Positions 52,038 through 63,955 of a DNA stretch of 64,000 nt are shown here, piece by piece (position 1 is the stretch's first letter; each line of letters opens with the position of its first letter). A program made the translations under genes and the position numbers. The stretch spans positions 32,302,001-32,366,000 of the forward strand of contig OX597814.1 of NCBI GenBank assembly GCA_951406725.2, read 5' to 3'. The DNA is from Octopus vulgaris (taxonomy: Eukaryota). The notes beneath the pieces are model-generated. The model searched no databases. It saw nothing but the letters and a program-made list of their open reading frames with translations, and had not been told where the DNA came from.

Positions 52038-52553
52038 TCTTATTTCTTTATTGCCCACAAGGGGCTAAACATAGAGGGGACAAACAAGGACAGACAAAGG
52101 GATTAAGTCGATTATGTCGACCCCAGTACGTAACTGGTACTTAATTTATCTACCCCGAAAGCATGAAAGCAAAGTCCACCTCGGCGGAATTTAAACTCAG
52201 AAACTAACGGCAGATGAAATACCTATTTCTTTACTGCCCACAAGGGGCTAAACATAGAGGGGACAAACAAGGATAGACAAAGGGATTAAGTTGATTAGAT
52301 CGACCCCAGTGCTTAACTGGTACTTAATTTATCTACCCCGAAAGGATGAAAGGCAAAGTCGACCTCGGCGGAATTTGAACTCAGAACCTAACGGCAAGCG
52401 AAATACCTATTTCTTTACTGTCCACAAGGGGATAAACATAGAGGGGACAAACAAGGACAGACAAAGGGGCTAAGTCGATTAGATCGACCCCAGTGCGTAA
52501 CTGGTACTTAATTTATCTACTCCGAAAGGATGAAAGGCAAAGTCGACCTCGAC
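52038..52553 (-). mobile_element. SINE family B trimer (headless)
   Basis: Units repeat with a 184-bp period (junctions at 52216 and 52400). Confidence 0.9.
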
Positions 52554-52639
52554 CCGACTAGGGGTGGCCCGGAGTTAAACAACTTGTCGCTGATCCTTGA
52601 CATCTCTGGCGTCAACAGCTATCATCATTAGCGCTATAC

Positions 52640-52717
52640 TTTACCATCATCACCGCCGCCATCGCCATCATCATCACCATCATCATCATAATCATTATAA
52701 TCACCATCATCATCATC

Positions 52718-52758
<41 letters not shown>

Positions 52759-52776
52759 CTACAACTACTACTACTG

Positions 52777-52815
<39 letters not shown>

Positions 52816-52844
52816 GAAATAAAGCAAGACACACTCTAACAATT

Positions 52845-52890
<46 letters not shown>

Positions 52891-52891
52891 A

Positions 52892-52949
<58 letters not shown>

Positions 52950-52950
52950 A
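52640..52950. repeat. (CAT)n/(CAA)n/(CTA)n microsatellites
   Basis: Direct inspection. Confidence 0.95.
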
Positions 52951-53169
52951 AACAGCGGCAACATCGACAGCAATATCGTAAACAACATCTTCACATCATA
53001 TTCACGTCTACAGCTGCAGCACTACAAGCAACACACGCAACGTGTGCTTCAGATGCAACCGTAGTAAGAACACCAATAAAACATATTATTCCAATTAAAA
53101 TTCGAATGGCATTTGATGAGTATTATGTTGTTGTTTTTGTTGATGTTGTGGTTGTTGTGTGCTTGTTGT

Positions 53170-53585
53170 TGCACCGGACAAAATGCTTAGCGGCATTTCT
53201 TCCGACTTCTCGTTCTGAGGTCAAATACTGCCGGAGCCGGTCTTTGCCCGCTTATCTTTTCGGAATTGATAAAATGAGTACCAACAGAGTACTATGGCCG
53301 ATGTAAACGACTTGCACCCACCCACCCCCGGTAGACTTGTGCCAAAATTTGAAATCACGATTATTATTATTATTGGTGTTGTTTCATTTAAGGCGGCGAG
53401 CTGGCAGAATCGTTACTGCACCAGGCAAAATACTTAGCAGTATTTCACCCGTTGCTATGTTCCGAGTTCAAATTCCGCTGAAGTCGACTTTGCCGTTCGC
53501 CCTTTCGGGGTTGACAAATTAAGTCCCAGTCAAGCGCTGCTGTCGATGTAATCGACTGGTCCCTTCTCCCCAAATGTCAGGCTTT
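53170..53585 (+). mobile_element. Two diverged SINE family B copies
   Basis: ggcggcgagctggcagaatcgtta head at about 53392; cores at about 53210 and 53460. Confidence 0.75.
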
Positions 53586-53599
53586 TATTATTATTATTA

Positions 53600-55112
53600 T
53601 CTTTTTTTTTCTTCTTTCAAATTTGCTTCCATTTCTTGCTGAGTGTCTTCCCGACTCCTAGCGCAAAGAAACTCATAGTATACATTGGTAGGCCATTAAA
53701 CTAAACTCACTAGTTCGTTCATTCTTTTTTTTTAAGTTAAATTAAAATACATGGGTAGTAATAGTTCTCACATCGACAATGCTCTTCTCAATACGTGTGA
53801 TGTACCAGTTAAGACAATATTTTGCACTTCTTGCAGGGATGGTTAGCCAGGGATAATTCTCATGTAATTTTCGGTTCCCTTCTTGATCATTCCTAGTGCT
53901 CCTACGATCACTGGTATTGTAACCGCCTTGAGGTGCCACATTTTCTCAATTTCAATGAGCAGGTCTTTAAATTTTCTGAGCTTGTCAAACTCTTTCGCTG
54001 AGATATTATGATCACAGAGGATGCTCATGTCGATCAATAAGCAAACTTTATTGTTTTGGTCTTTCACAACAATATCTGGTTTATTGGCTTTGATGGTTCG
54101 GTCTGTATGTACTGGAAAGTCCCACAGAATCGTTACGTTTTCTCCTTCAGTTACAGCTTCAGGGTGGTGATTATACCACTTGTCGGCAGTTTTGATATTG
54201 TAATGCCGACTTATTAGCCAGTGTAGAGATTGGCCAACTCTGTCATGTCTTAATTTATACTCCACTGGTGCTAAGACTTTACATCCAGAGATTAGGTGGT
54301 CCACTGTTTCAATCATGTCGTTGCAGAATCGGCATTTTGGGTCTGCTCCATTTTTCATCACATTGGCCTCGTAGTTCTGGCTTAATAGGCTTTGATCTTG
54401 AGCAGCCAGGATGAAACCTTCGCTCTCTGCTTTTAGCCTTGAGCTCCGTAGCTAGTGATGGGTTTGCTTCTGGTCAACATCAGCTTGTTTGCTGCGGGTC
54501 ACATATTTGCCGTGCAGAGGTTTCTCCTCCCACCTATTGGCCAATTGCCCGTGCGCTTTTTTCGTTGCCATTATATTCAGCTTCTTTGCAACAATAGTTG
54601 CCGTACTTCCCTCGGGTTGTTCAGTTTGGGTATCCTGCACGAGATCAATAGCAAATTTTTTGCCTTCCTTTATGATAGAATGAAGCTTCTTTCGTCTCTC
54701 GTGATTTTCCACGAGCTTTAGCATCTAGTCATTCGTTATTTCAAGATATTTGGCCAGTCCAATTGTGGTTGTTTTGTAAGCTAGTTCAAATTGGATCAGG
54801 CCTCGACCTCCTTGGGCTCTGGGAAGGTAAAGGCGATCTACGTCTGCCTTGGGTGGTGCATCCTATTACAACTCAGCAGCTTGCGTATTTTCCTATCTAT
54901 ATTCTTTACTTCACTCATATTCCAGTTCAGCACATTGTAGCTATAAGTAACAACTGGAACTGCTAAGGAATTTATAGCTAACACCTTGTTACGTGCATTT
55001 AGTTCAGATTTCAGGACTGCAGGAACTCTCCTATAACATTCCTTCCTGATCTTCTCTTTCATGCTTGCATGCTGAATACCAGAGCCTTCATTTTTCCCTA
55101 AATATTTGTATG
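53600..55112 (-). pseudogene. R4/Dong-type non-LTR retrotransposon 3' half (RT thumb, CCHC knuckle, PD-(D/E)xK restriction-like endonuclease)
   Basis: YKYLG; LNARNKVLAINSLAVPV; CRFC..ETVDHLISGC; RHD; KPDIVVKD..LIDMS..K..K; IPVIVGALG; 3' end in (TAA)n; internal stops and frameshifts. Confidence 0.92.
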
Positions 55113-55320
55113 TCACTTCTCGGTCTTCTGACGCATGCTCAATAAAGACCGTTTATTAGTCCCGCGTTTACCTTTTTCACGTACCTTTCATAGAATTTGC
55201 AAACCGAGTAGCATTCTAACTCTCTCACTTTCACCTTCCTTTTCAAGTGATTCTTGAAAAAGTGAATTAGAGCTTGATGAAAGGAAAATGTTTTCAGTCC
55301 GTTCCGTCTTGTCCAGCATT
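55113..55320 (-). mobile_element. Possible L1/Tx1 LINE 3' fragment
   Basis: Minus-strand FFKNHLKRKVKV resembles a Tx1 ORF2 C-terminus. Confidence 0.4.
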
Positions 55321-55557
55321 CGTTGTAGTTTTATAACAACAACAATAATGGATTCAAACATTGGTACAAGATCAGAAGTTTTTCGAGACGGAAATAGTCA
55401 ATGAAAACGCCCTTAGTACATAACACGTACTTTCTTTTAGCGTTCTCTGAATGATAAAAGATAAAATTGATTGTAATTAGGCATTGAATTTAGAACTAAC
55501 TAGTACAAAATATTTTGTCTCTCAGTCTCCTGGTTCTGCCATAAATGCACTATTTTT

Positions 55558-55790
55558 TCTTTCTTTACTACCCACAAGCGGCTAAACACAGAGGGGACAA
55601 ACAAGGACAGACAAACAGATTAAGCCGATTACATCGACCCCAGTGCGTAACTGGTACTTAATTTATTGACCCCGAAAGGATGAAAGGCAAAGTCGACCTC
55701 GGCGGAATTTGAACTCAGAACGTAGCGACAGACGAAATATGGCTACACATTTCGCCCGGCGTGCTTACAATTCTGCCAGCTCGCCGCCTT
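55558..55790 (-). mobile_element. SINE family B monomer
   Basis: Full head, core and tail. Confidence 0.9.
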
Positions 55791-55939
55791 TTATTACTAA
55801 TACGTTGTCTCTGATCTTTCATGGGACAAATTCGAATGTCTCGTCTCAAAATGTGTAGCCATGTACCTGGTCCCCGTTTTTAGAACTTATTGAAATAGTG
55901 ACAAAATTAGTTTCATTGTAGCGAAATAAAGTAGCATAA

Positions 55940-56320
55940 ACTCTTTTACTTGTTTCAGTCATTTGACTGCGGCCATGCTGGCCTTTAGTCGAGCAAATCG
56001 ACCCCGGGACTTATTCTTTGTAAACCCAGTACTTATTCTATCGGTCTCTTTTGCCGAACCGCTCAGTAACGAGGACATAGGCACACCAGCATCGGTTGTC
56101 AAGCAATGCTAGGGGAACAAACACAGACACACGCACATACACACACACACACATATTTATATACGTATATACGACGGGCTTCTTGTGAATTTCCGTCTAC
56201 CAAATCCACTCAAAAGGCTTTGGTCGGCCCGAGGCTATAGTAGAAGTAACTAGCCCAAGATGCCACACAGTGGGACTGAACCCGGAACCATGTGGCTGGT
56301 AAGCAAACTACTTAACACAC
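55940..56320 (-). mobile_element. SINE family A
   Basis: Reverse copy with a small deletion. Confidence 0.9.
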
Positions 56321-56947
56321 TGGATGATCAGAGTGGAGTGGACAGCTACTTCTCGGAACCATTTCGCATCGCATGATCGCTATTCTTAGCTCTTCTGTAT
56401 TGGTTGATTCTAGAGCCTCTTCGGAGAAAGCTAAAATTGTTTAAGGCCTTCTCCTTCGAATTTGGACGCGGTATAGTCTAGTTAGCGTTTGTAGGCAATA
56501 GTTCGGTAATATTACCAGACACTATAGGAGTGGAAGCCGCCGACAAACTTTTAATGGCTGGAACACATATTAACAAAGACATGTTAGTAGGCTTACAGCT
56601 GGGTACCCGGATAGCATCAAAGGGCATTGTATTGACGACGGGACGTTTAAAGTGCTCGTGAACTAGCTCAGTCTGGAACTAGAGGTAGAACTAAGACGTA
56701 GTAGCAACGCGATGGCCAGTCTCTCCCAGATGTGGGCCGAAATGAGGCTATCACTAGGAGGTCGTGCAGTGGTGCAAAATGGCTATATCATTTGTCATAC
56801 TTCAATGTTTTGCTTTAAACCGGTTTTCATCTGAGCGGACTGGAGCGTCTGTTGTTCCACTTTTATGGAAGAAATGCGATTTAATGGTCAGGCCACCAAA
56901 GTGCTGTTATAAGCGTAATAGAGACAATTTGCTGTGGCTGCTGAATT

Positions 56948-57461
56948 TACCGCAAATCCTCGAATATAGTCCGCCCTTGAGTATAATACGCAGGGGATTT
57001 TTAGGGGGCTGTACCTCTGAAAACCTTGTGTATAATACGCACCCCTTCTCTAACTTGAGTCAAGGAGGTCTATATAACGTCTTTGGTTTGTAAAACTGTA
57101 TACAGTAACGTACTTTATTATTATTGTATACATAATGCAAACATGTAGCTTTTTTTGTGCATTTTGTTTGCAGAAAATAAAGAAATAACAGTAATAACAG
57201 TAATAACGTTTAATAAATGTTGCTTATTGCAAGTTATTGATGATTCTTTTATGATTTTATTGCTTTCAGACTTAGTTTAAGGTATTTTCGCGCCCGACAT
57301 CACAAAATGCGTCTGAATAAACATTGCCGGACAGCAAATCGAGACTCGGACATTGCTTAGAAAATAATTTTCATTTTTAACCTCGTATATAGTACGCACT
57401 AGGGATTTTGACCTTTAAATTATGGGAAAAAAATGTGGATTATACTAAAGGATTTACGGTA
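56948..57461. mobile_element. TA-flanked MITE (Tc1/mariner/pogo type)
   Basis: TIRs taccgcaaatcctcgaatatagtccgc and gtggattatactaaaggatttacggta. Confidence 0.75.
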
Positions 57462-57677
57462 CAAAAATTTCTGAATGATGAACGGATGTGATCATCGCTG
57501 GTAAGGCAAGCTTCTCTTTTTGACGGAGATACATTTCTGGGTCTTGTATAAATCAAAGACTAAGCGCCTAGTACCTAAAATATCACTAAGTACTCCTGTA
57601 CCAGTCGAATAATGTAGTCGGTGGAAGTTCAATATAGACAGTCTATAGAAGACTAGTGATAGGGAGGAACGACAACA

Positions 57678-58098
57678 TTCTTATTTCCTTATTGCCCACA
57701 AGGGGCTAAACATATAGGGACAAACGAGGGCAGACAAACGGATTAAGTCGATTACATTGACCCCAGTGCGTAACTGGTACTTAATTTATCGACCCTGAAA
57801 GGATGAAAGGCAAAGTCGATCTTGACGGAATTTGAACTCAAAACGTAGCGGCAGACGAAATACCTATTTCTCTACTACCCACAGGGGGCTACACACAGAT
57901 GGGACAAACAAGGACTGACAAACGGATTAAGTCGATTATATCGACCCCAGAGCGTAACTGGTACTTAATTTATCGACCCCGAAAGGATGAAAGGCAAAGT
58001 CGACCTCGGCGGAATTTGAACTCAAAACGTAGCAGCAGACGAAATACCGCTAAGCATTTCGCCCGGCGTGCTAACGTTTCTACCAGCGCACCACCTTT
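57678..58098 (-). mobile_element. SINE family B dimer with target-site duplication
   Basis: Two units 184 bp apart; TSD gacaacattctt flanks the whole dimer. Confidence 0.92.
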
Positions 58099-58990
58099 GA
58101 CAACATTCTTGGGGTAGCGTTGACATTGACGAGAATGAAATAACTGGTTTGATCTGGAGGAGATTTGGACTCGGAGCTTTAGATGACTCTTAGAAACACC
58201 GACCGAAAGGTACTACAAGTTCGTAATATACTCTACAGGTACGCAAGTCTCATCACACTAGTCTCTCTATTATGTGCACAGAGGAACGAAACTTTCCTGC
58301 AAATCGGAACGGACAGGCAGTATGTGTCCGTCAGATAGCAATGGCGATAGAGGCTGTGTGGGGGACGATGCTGAAAGAAATGAAGACAGACTTTCCGTTT
58401 CGGTAAAGCCCACACCGACTTATTCAAGTTCCGCTTGGGAAGGCGAGTGGAGAGAGAGGTACTTGCCTGCAGTAAATTTGTTAAAATGGCCTTGTAGGTG
58501 GGGAAAATGTCCATAATGACTAGGCTAATTTCAGCATACACCTGCAGAATAACTGAGGGAATAACTTGACTTTAGTAGGCCGCATAATCTTGGATTTGAG
58601 AGGTTTATTGAGTTTTCCCTGGAGGTAGTTTGTCATTATTACATGTTTACATACTCTGTATACTCTCATCTAAAGCTTTTATTATTTTTTTTTTACCTCA
58701 GCCGATATTTGGGTAAACATCAACACTTTGTGAGAAACTAAAGAAATAACTGAGTATTGGAAAAAAAAGTGCATTACGGTATTTGTTCCGAGTCTTTAGA
58801 TTTTCCGAAGTGAACTTTGCCCTTCATCTTTACGGGATCGATAAAATAATTCACTTGCGTCGATTTAAATAGAGTTCCTAAAAATTGGTTGGTCTCTGCC
58901 AAAATCATAAGCATATCATTATTAATATTACTTTAAGTATTAGCACCTTTAAAGGCGGCGAGTTGGCAGAATCGTTATTATTATTATTAT

Positions 58991-59544
58991 TGAGTGAGCG
59001 AGCAGAGCATGCCATCAAAGTGACACTGGGGTAAAATATACGAAGCCCAGTATACCCATCATGACTACCCGTCTAATAAAGGTACACCAGGCACATGCAT
59101 CACAACCATATGTGCGCGACATGGTGATCTCATATCAAGATAAACAGCACATGACCTTGCAGGTGGAGCCCAGTTAGAATTTTCTTCAGATCGAGTAACC
59201 CATCCCGCTCAAAAGGTCCTTGAATAAGGGTTGTTTAAGGACGTTGAACGAAACACCCATGTTTCCAGAGGTGAATTATTCAAACCCCAAAGAATCCTTC
59301 TCAACACATGGCTATGATGCTCCCCCACTACTTCTGCTCGTGATCAGAGATGCACATATCGTCAGCCACTAAGGGACATGCTCAACTGGTTACGGTCAAA
59401 CAACTGACAAGCAAATCTGTGGTATTGAGCAGAATATTTGCTGTAGCCCATCTTTTATACCAAGACAAAACAATGTACATGATAACACTTCCAATCAGTT
59501 AAGATCAGAAGCCATGAGAGCCACTGCCTGGTACTGCATCAGGG

Positions 59545-59546
<2 letters not shown>
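58991..59546 (-). mobile_element. (TAA)n-inserted repeat of about 555 bp, longer copy
   Basis: Matches 23199-23695; (TAT)n on both sides; strand inferred. Confidence 0.82.
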
Positions 59547-59595
<49 letters not shown>

Positions 59596-59734
59596 CATTA
59601 TTATTATTATTATTGAAGAGCTGACAAAATCCTTAGATCGTAGAGGAAAAAAAATGCTTTACGGTATTTCTTCTGGCGCTTTAAGCTTCAGAGTCGAAAT
59701 TTGAAGTATACCATCTCTGTACTAATATGGTACT

Positions 59735-59805
<71 letters not shown>

Positions 59806-59806
59806 A

Positions 59807-59842
<36 letters not shown>

Positions 59843-60262
59843 GTCTCCCTCTCTCCTTCTTCCTCCCCCTCTCTCTTTCTTATATCCCTCCCTCTCTGTT
59901 TCCTCTCTTTCTTCCTCCCTCTCTCCCTTTCTTCTCTCCCTCTCCCACCCTCTCTCTCTCTCTATCTCTCTGGAAGAAGGAGGGCCACCCTCCAAGTTTA
60001 GCTGCCCCGCACTCACCGGAGTCAAGAGGCACGAGGGCGAGTAAATAAGTGTTTATGCAAAACAAGTCCCGTACAATTCACGATCTGATGAAATTACAGC
60101 ATTCGGAGAGCAAGAGATATAAAGAGATGCTTTGGAACGCTGACTAGAAAAGATTTTAACATGTGAAACTAAAAATGGGAAGCATTTGACAAAATGCTAA
60201 TTCCTCAATTATTAAATTAATTTCTAAGCTCCAAAATGAATATAAACTTAATAGAAAAAATA

Positions 60263-60354
60263 TAAACCTAGGTTGTGAAATAAACCTAGGTTGTGAAATA
60301 AACCTAGGTTGTGAAATAAACCTAGGTTGTGAAATAAACCTAGGTTGTGAAATA
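60263..60354. repeat. Perfect 18-bp minisatellite, 5 copies (TAAACCTAGGTTGTGAAA)
   Basis: Five identical units with no spacers. Confidence 0.95.
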
Positions 60355-60887
60355 GAAAATTATTTTTGGACCACCACTATCACTTCTAAGAATGCCATAA
60401 CTACTACTACTGGTGCCACATACGTCCCAGCCATCTTACCATAACACAGCAGCGCGAGTATGTCTGTAGTCATAGACTGTAGACGCAGTGTGCATTTCTC
60501 AACTTCGTTTTCATTTTTCTCTCGTCTTTCATTTCCAGACTTTCGTAAGCCACATCAAGACACTCAAGCACACGCACGTTCACATACACACAGACAAAAA
60601 ACCAAACATTTATATACGCGCAGTCACAAACAAATTCACCCATATACACAAATACACAGCACACAAACAAACACACACACACAAACACACACACTCGCAC
60701 ACACACGCACACACACACTCATGCGGGCGTGCTCGTACACACACATGCAGACATACGTATTCATATTCACACACGCCTGCGTATACACACATGTGTGCAT
60801 ACAGATGAACACGCAAATATACAATTAGCATTTATAACGATGTTTGGGATTATATATGCTTCTGTATGTAAGTGTATGTGTGTGTGT

Positions 60888-60950
<63 letters not shown>

Positions 60951-61169
60951 TTGATATATGTTGGTATGTACGTAGGTATGAACTATTTCACTTTGCATAG
61001 TGAAAAAGAACGTGCGAATTAAAAAGTGAATATATAGTTTTTCCTTATTAACTGAGGATAGCAGAAATAGTGCTGAGAGATCTGGAGCTTATTGTATTTT
61101 GAAAACAGATTTGGAACGAAACTCTAGGTTCCCCAGCTGCACTCACGAGGTAAAGAGAAATTAAAGAAG

Positions 61170-61385
61170 ACGCGTGACTTAGTGGTTGGGGTGTTGGGTT
61201 CATGTTCATGAGATTGTGGATTCGATTCCTGGACCGGGTGATGCAATGTACTCATGCGAACACTTCATTTCACGTTACTCCTGTTCACTCAGCAGAAAAA
61301 TTAAGTATACAACGTACTGGTGTCCCATCCGATGGTGAAGTTGGGGATAAACACACCACAGAAACCAGGAAGCAGGCCTTATGAG
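61170..61385 (+). mobile_element. Diverged SINE, type D head
   Basis: gtgacttagtggttgg A box, ggattcgattcct B box, tttcacgttactcctgttcactcagc. Confidence 0.6.
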
Positions 61386-61855
61386 TATCCATAACTCAGA
61401 AGGGAGCTTTGTCCTTTTTATAAACAGATATCTATATATATATCTACATGTTGCCACTATGTTACTGTTGTGACATGTTGTCGCTATATTACAGTTGTAG
61501 ATATCTGGAGTCAGTCTTGAAAACAGGATATCTGATGACCTAAACCTGGTTTCACGTCTACGAAACTTCAAATAATGCGAGTTTAAACTAACGAGTGAAT
61601 ATATACATTTAATATGTACAATGTTTTCATTCTTTTTCACTATTTTTCATTCGCTTGTAAACACACCTTTATGTATACATATATACATCTATATTCACAT
61701 ATATATGAATTTGAGTGCATAATATCAACCCCTACAAACGAATGTGTGACTCTGTGTATGCATGTGCGTGTGTCTGTGTGTGTCTGTGACCCTCTATATC
61801 GTGCACATCACGTAAATATGCGTATATGTCTGCGCGTTTATATATGTAAGTGTAA

Positions 61856-61887
<32 letters not shown>

Positions 61888-62436
61888 GACCAGATTAAGT
61901 CAATCATGATCTCCCTCGACGCATCTATAGTCTAACTCACAAAACTTAATACATAAGACCTCAAAGTGAAATGTTATTAAAAACATTTTGTTTATCTGGC
62001 CTTTATCAAGCCTAGTGCTATATATAGCGTCACCTATATTTTTTATATATTCATTCATCTACCACCAATTATATCAGTAACAGAAAATGTTTGATTTAAA
62101 ACAAAAATAGAAAAAATGCAAATTCCCAAATCGCTCTTCATTTTCTTTTGAGAAGTTATCATAAGGAAAATGTACAAATTAGAAACATTTTAATTACGAA
62201 TATATAGTACAATATATAGTAATTCTAGTAATTTAAATACTAAAAAAGGAATTTATATGACTAAAATCAAGTCAGTTTAGTTCAACGTCATCTTTTTTTT
62301 TTCCATTGTAACTGCTAGGCCTTGACACGACACACATTTTTACCCGGTTCTGTTCTTCAAATTTTTATTGCACTTCTATTTAGCAACCTTATAATTCTAT
62401 ATATTTATATTTACCTCCTTTTTAAATAAAATAAAA

Positions 62437-63016
62437 ACAACAAAGCCAAGGCTGTGTGGAGTTTTCAAGGCATTTATAAAGATCAAGTTAGTCTCACAGC
62501 TGTTTCTGGGATATTTGTGATATCCCTTCATCAGAGCCGATGTAAGATGGTTACATAGTGGGAAATATTTTGGAAAAGGAAACAAATAAGGAGTTTATAG
62601 GGGAATAGATGAATGAATATAGAAATAAAAATAAAAATGTATAAAAATGTTATAGTTGCAGTTCCATTATGCAAAGAAAGAGGTTTGTAGAAGTGTTAGA
62701 AATGCCACAGACAGGAAGCATTTCTACAACTTCTACAAACCACTTTCCTCGGATAATGGAACTGCTAGCATAACATCTTTATACATCTTTAAATTTTTAT
62801 TTCTACATTCATTCTCCTATTTGCTCCTTATTTGCTCCTATATACTCCTTATTTGCTTCCTTTTCCCAAATAACTCATCACCCTGAATTCTAATCTACTT
62901 AACAATCTCACATAGTGTCTAATGAAGGGGTAGCCCAAATATCCCCGAAACAGCTGTAGTACTAACTTTCTCTTTATAAATGTCCTGAAATTTCCACACA
63001 CCCTTGGCTTTGTTGT
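62437..63016. mobile_element. Imperfect palindrome of about 580 bp: inverted pair of PLE-type pseudo-LTRs, each with a hammerhead motif
   Basis: Centre agaaatgc(62698)..gcatttct(62725); HHR motifs at 62489-62540 (-) and 62913-62964 (+). Confidence 0.75.
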
Positions 63017-63116
63017 CCCATTGTATTTAACATATAAATTATACATGCTCATACAAGACCCGCATAGCGCTTACATAGCGTTACCTGCCAACTTGGGTCT
63101 TCTGGATGCCAATACC

Positions 63117-63165
<49 letters not shown>

Positions 63166-63209
63166 TGTGTGTATGTATGTATGTATATATATATATATAT
63201 GTGTGTATG

Positions 63210-63249
<40 letters not shown>

Positions 63250-63356
63250 TACATGTATATGTATATATATATATGGAGAGAGAGAGCTAGAGCGAGAGCG
63301 AGAGGGAGATAGATAGGTAGATAGATACAGAGATATTACTCTTTCTCTTTTTTCTT

Positions 63357-63761
63357 TACTCTTTTTACTTGTTTCAGTCATTTGACTGCGGCCATGCTGG
63401 AGCACCGCCTTTAATCGAGCAAATCGACCCCGGGACTTATTCTTTGTAAGCCCAGTACTTATTCTATCGGTCTCTTTTGCCGAACCGCTAAGTGACGGGG
63501 ACGTAAACACACCAGCATCGGTTTTCAAGCAATGCTAGGGGAACAAACACAGACACACAAACATATTCACACACATTTATATATATATACATATATACGA
63601 CAGGCTTCTTTCAGTTTCCGTCTGCCAAATCCACTCACAAGGCATTGGTCGGCCCGGGGCTATAGCAGAAGACACTTGTCCAAGATGCCACGCAGTGGGA
63701 CTGAACCCGGAACCATGTGGTTGGTTAGCAAGCTACTTACCAAACAGCCACTCCTGCGCCT
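63357..63761 (-). mobile_element. SINE family A
   Basis: Full-length reverse copy. Confidence 0.92.
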
Positions 63762-63764
63762 ATA

Positions 63765-63955
63765 TATATAAATAAAGTTTGATAAGGCTGGTTTATTGGA
63801 TTACCCTGGATTTCACGTCCATAAACCGCTTAACTAGAGACGCCTTAAGCCAACAGGTTTTGAGATCTGATGACACGGTGTAAAGCTAAGCGCTTGATGG
63901 ACGTGAAAACCAGGGTGATCTCATAAACCGGCCTTATCTAACTTAATATTATATA
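63765..63955. mobile_element. Short PLE-type inverted structure with degenerate hammerhead (63861-63923, +)
   Basis: Arms at about 63765-63835 and 63883-63955; TGAGAT-CTGATGA...GAAA-accagg-GTG-ATCTCA. Confidence 0.6.

Larger units (their letters stand above)
56325..58560 (+). pseudogene. Decayed L1/Tx1-type LINE ORF2, interrupted by a MITE and a SINE B dimer
   Basis: Fragments ILEPLRRKL and QMWAEMRLSLGGRA (W...LSL.GR motif); higher GC than the flanks. Confidence 0.55.

Noticed and set aside
52038-52553. Non-LTR retrozyme interpretation of the 184-bp tandem units
   Set aside because: No CUGANGA/GAAA core on either strand of the unit; kept only as a SINE multimer.
58991-59546. 28S rRNA-derived SINE
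   Set aside because: Only a faint remembered resemblance (ctgctcaatac versus ctgctcagtac); too weak without an alignment.
60263-60354. CRISPR-like array
   Set aside because: No spacers; a simple tandem repeat in eukaryotic DNA.
61525-61575. CTGATGA...GAAAC hammerhead candidate
   Set aside because: Stems I and II do not close on the core.
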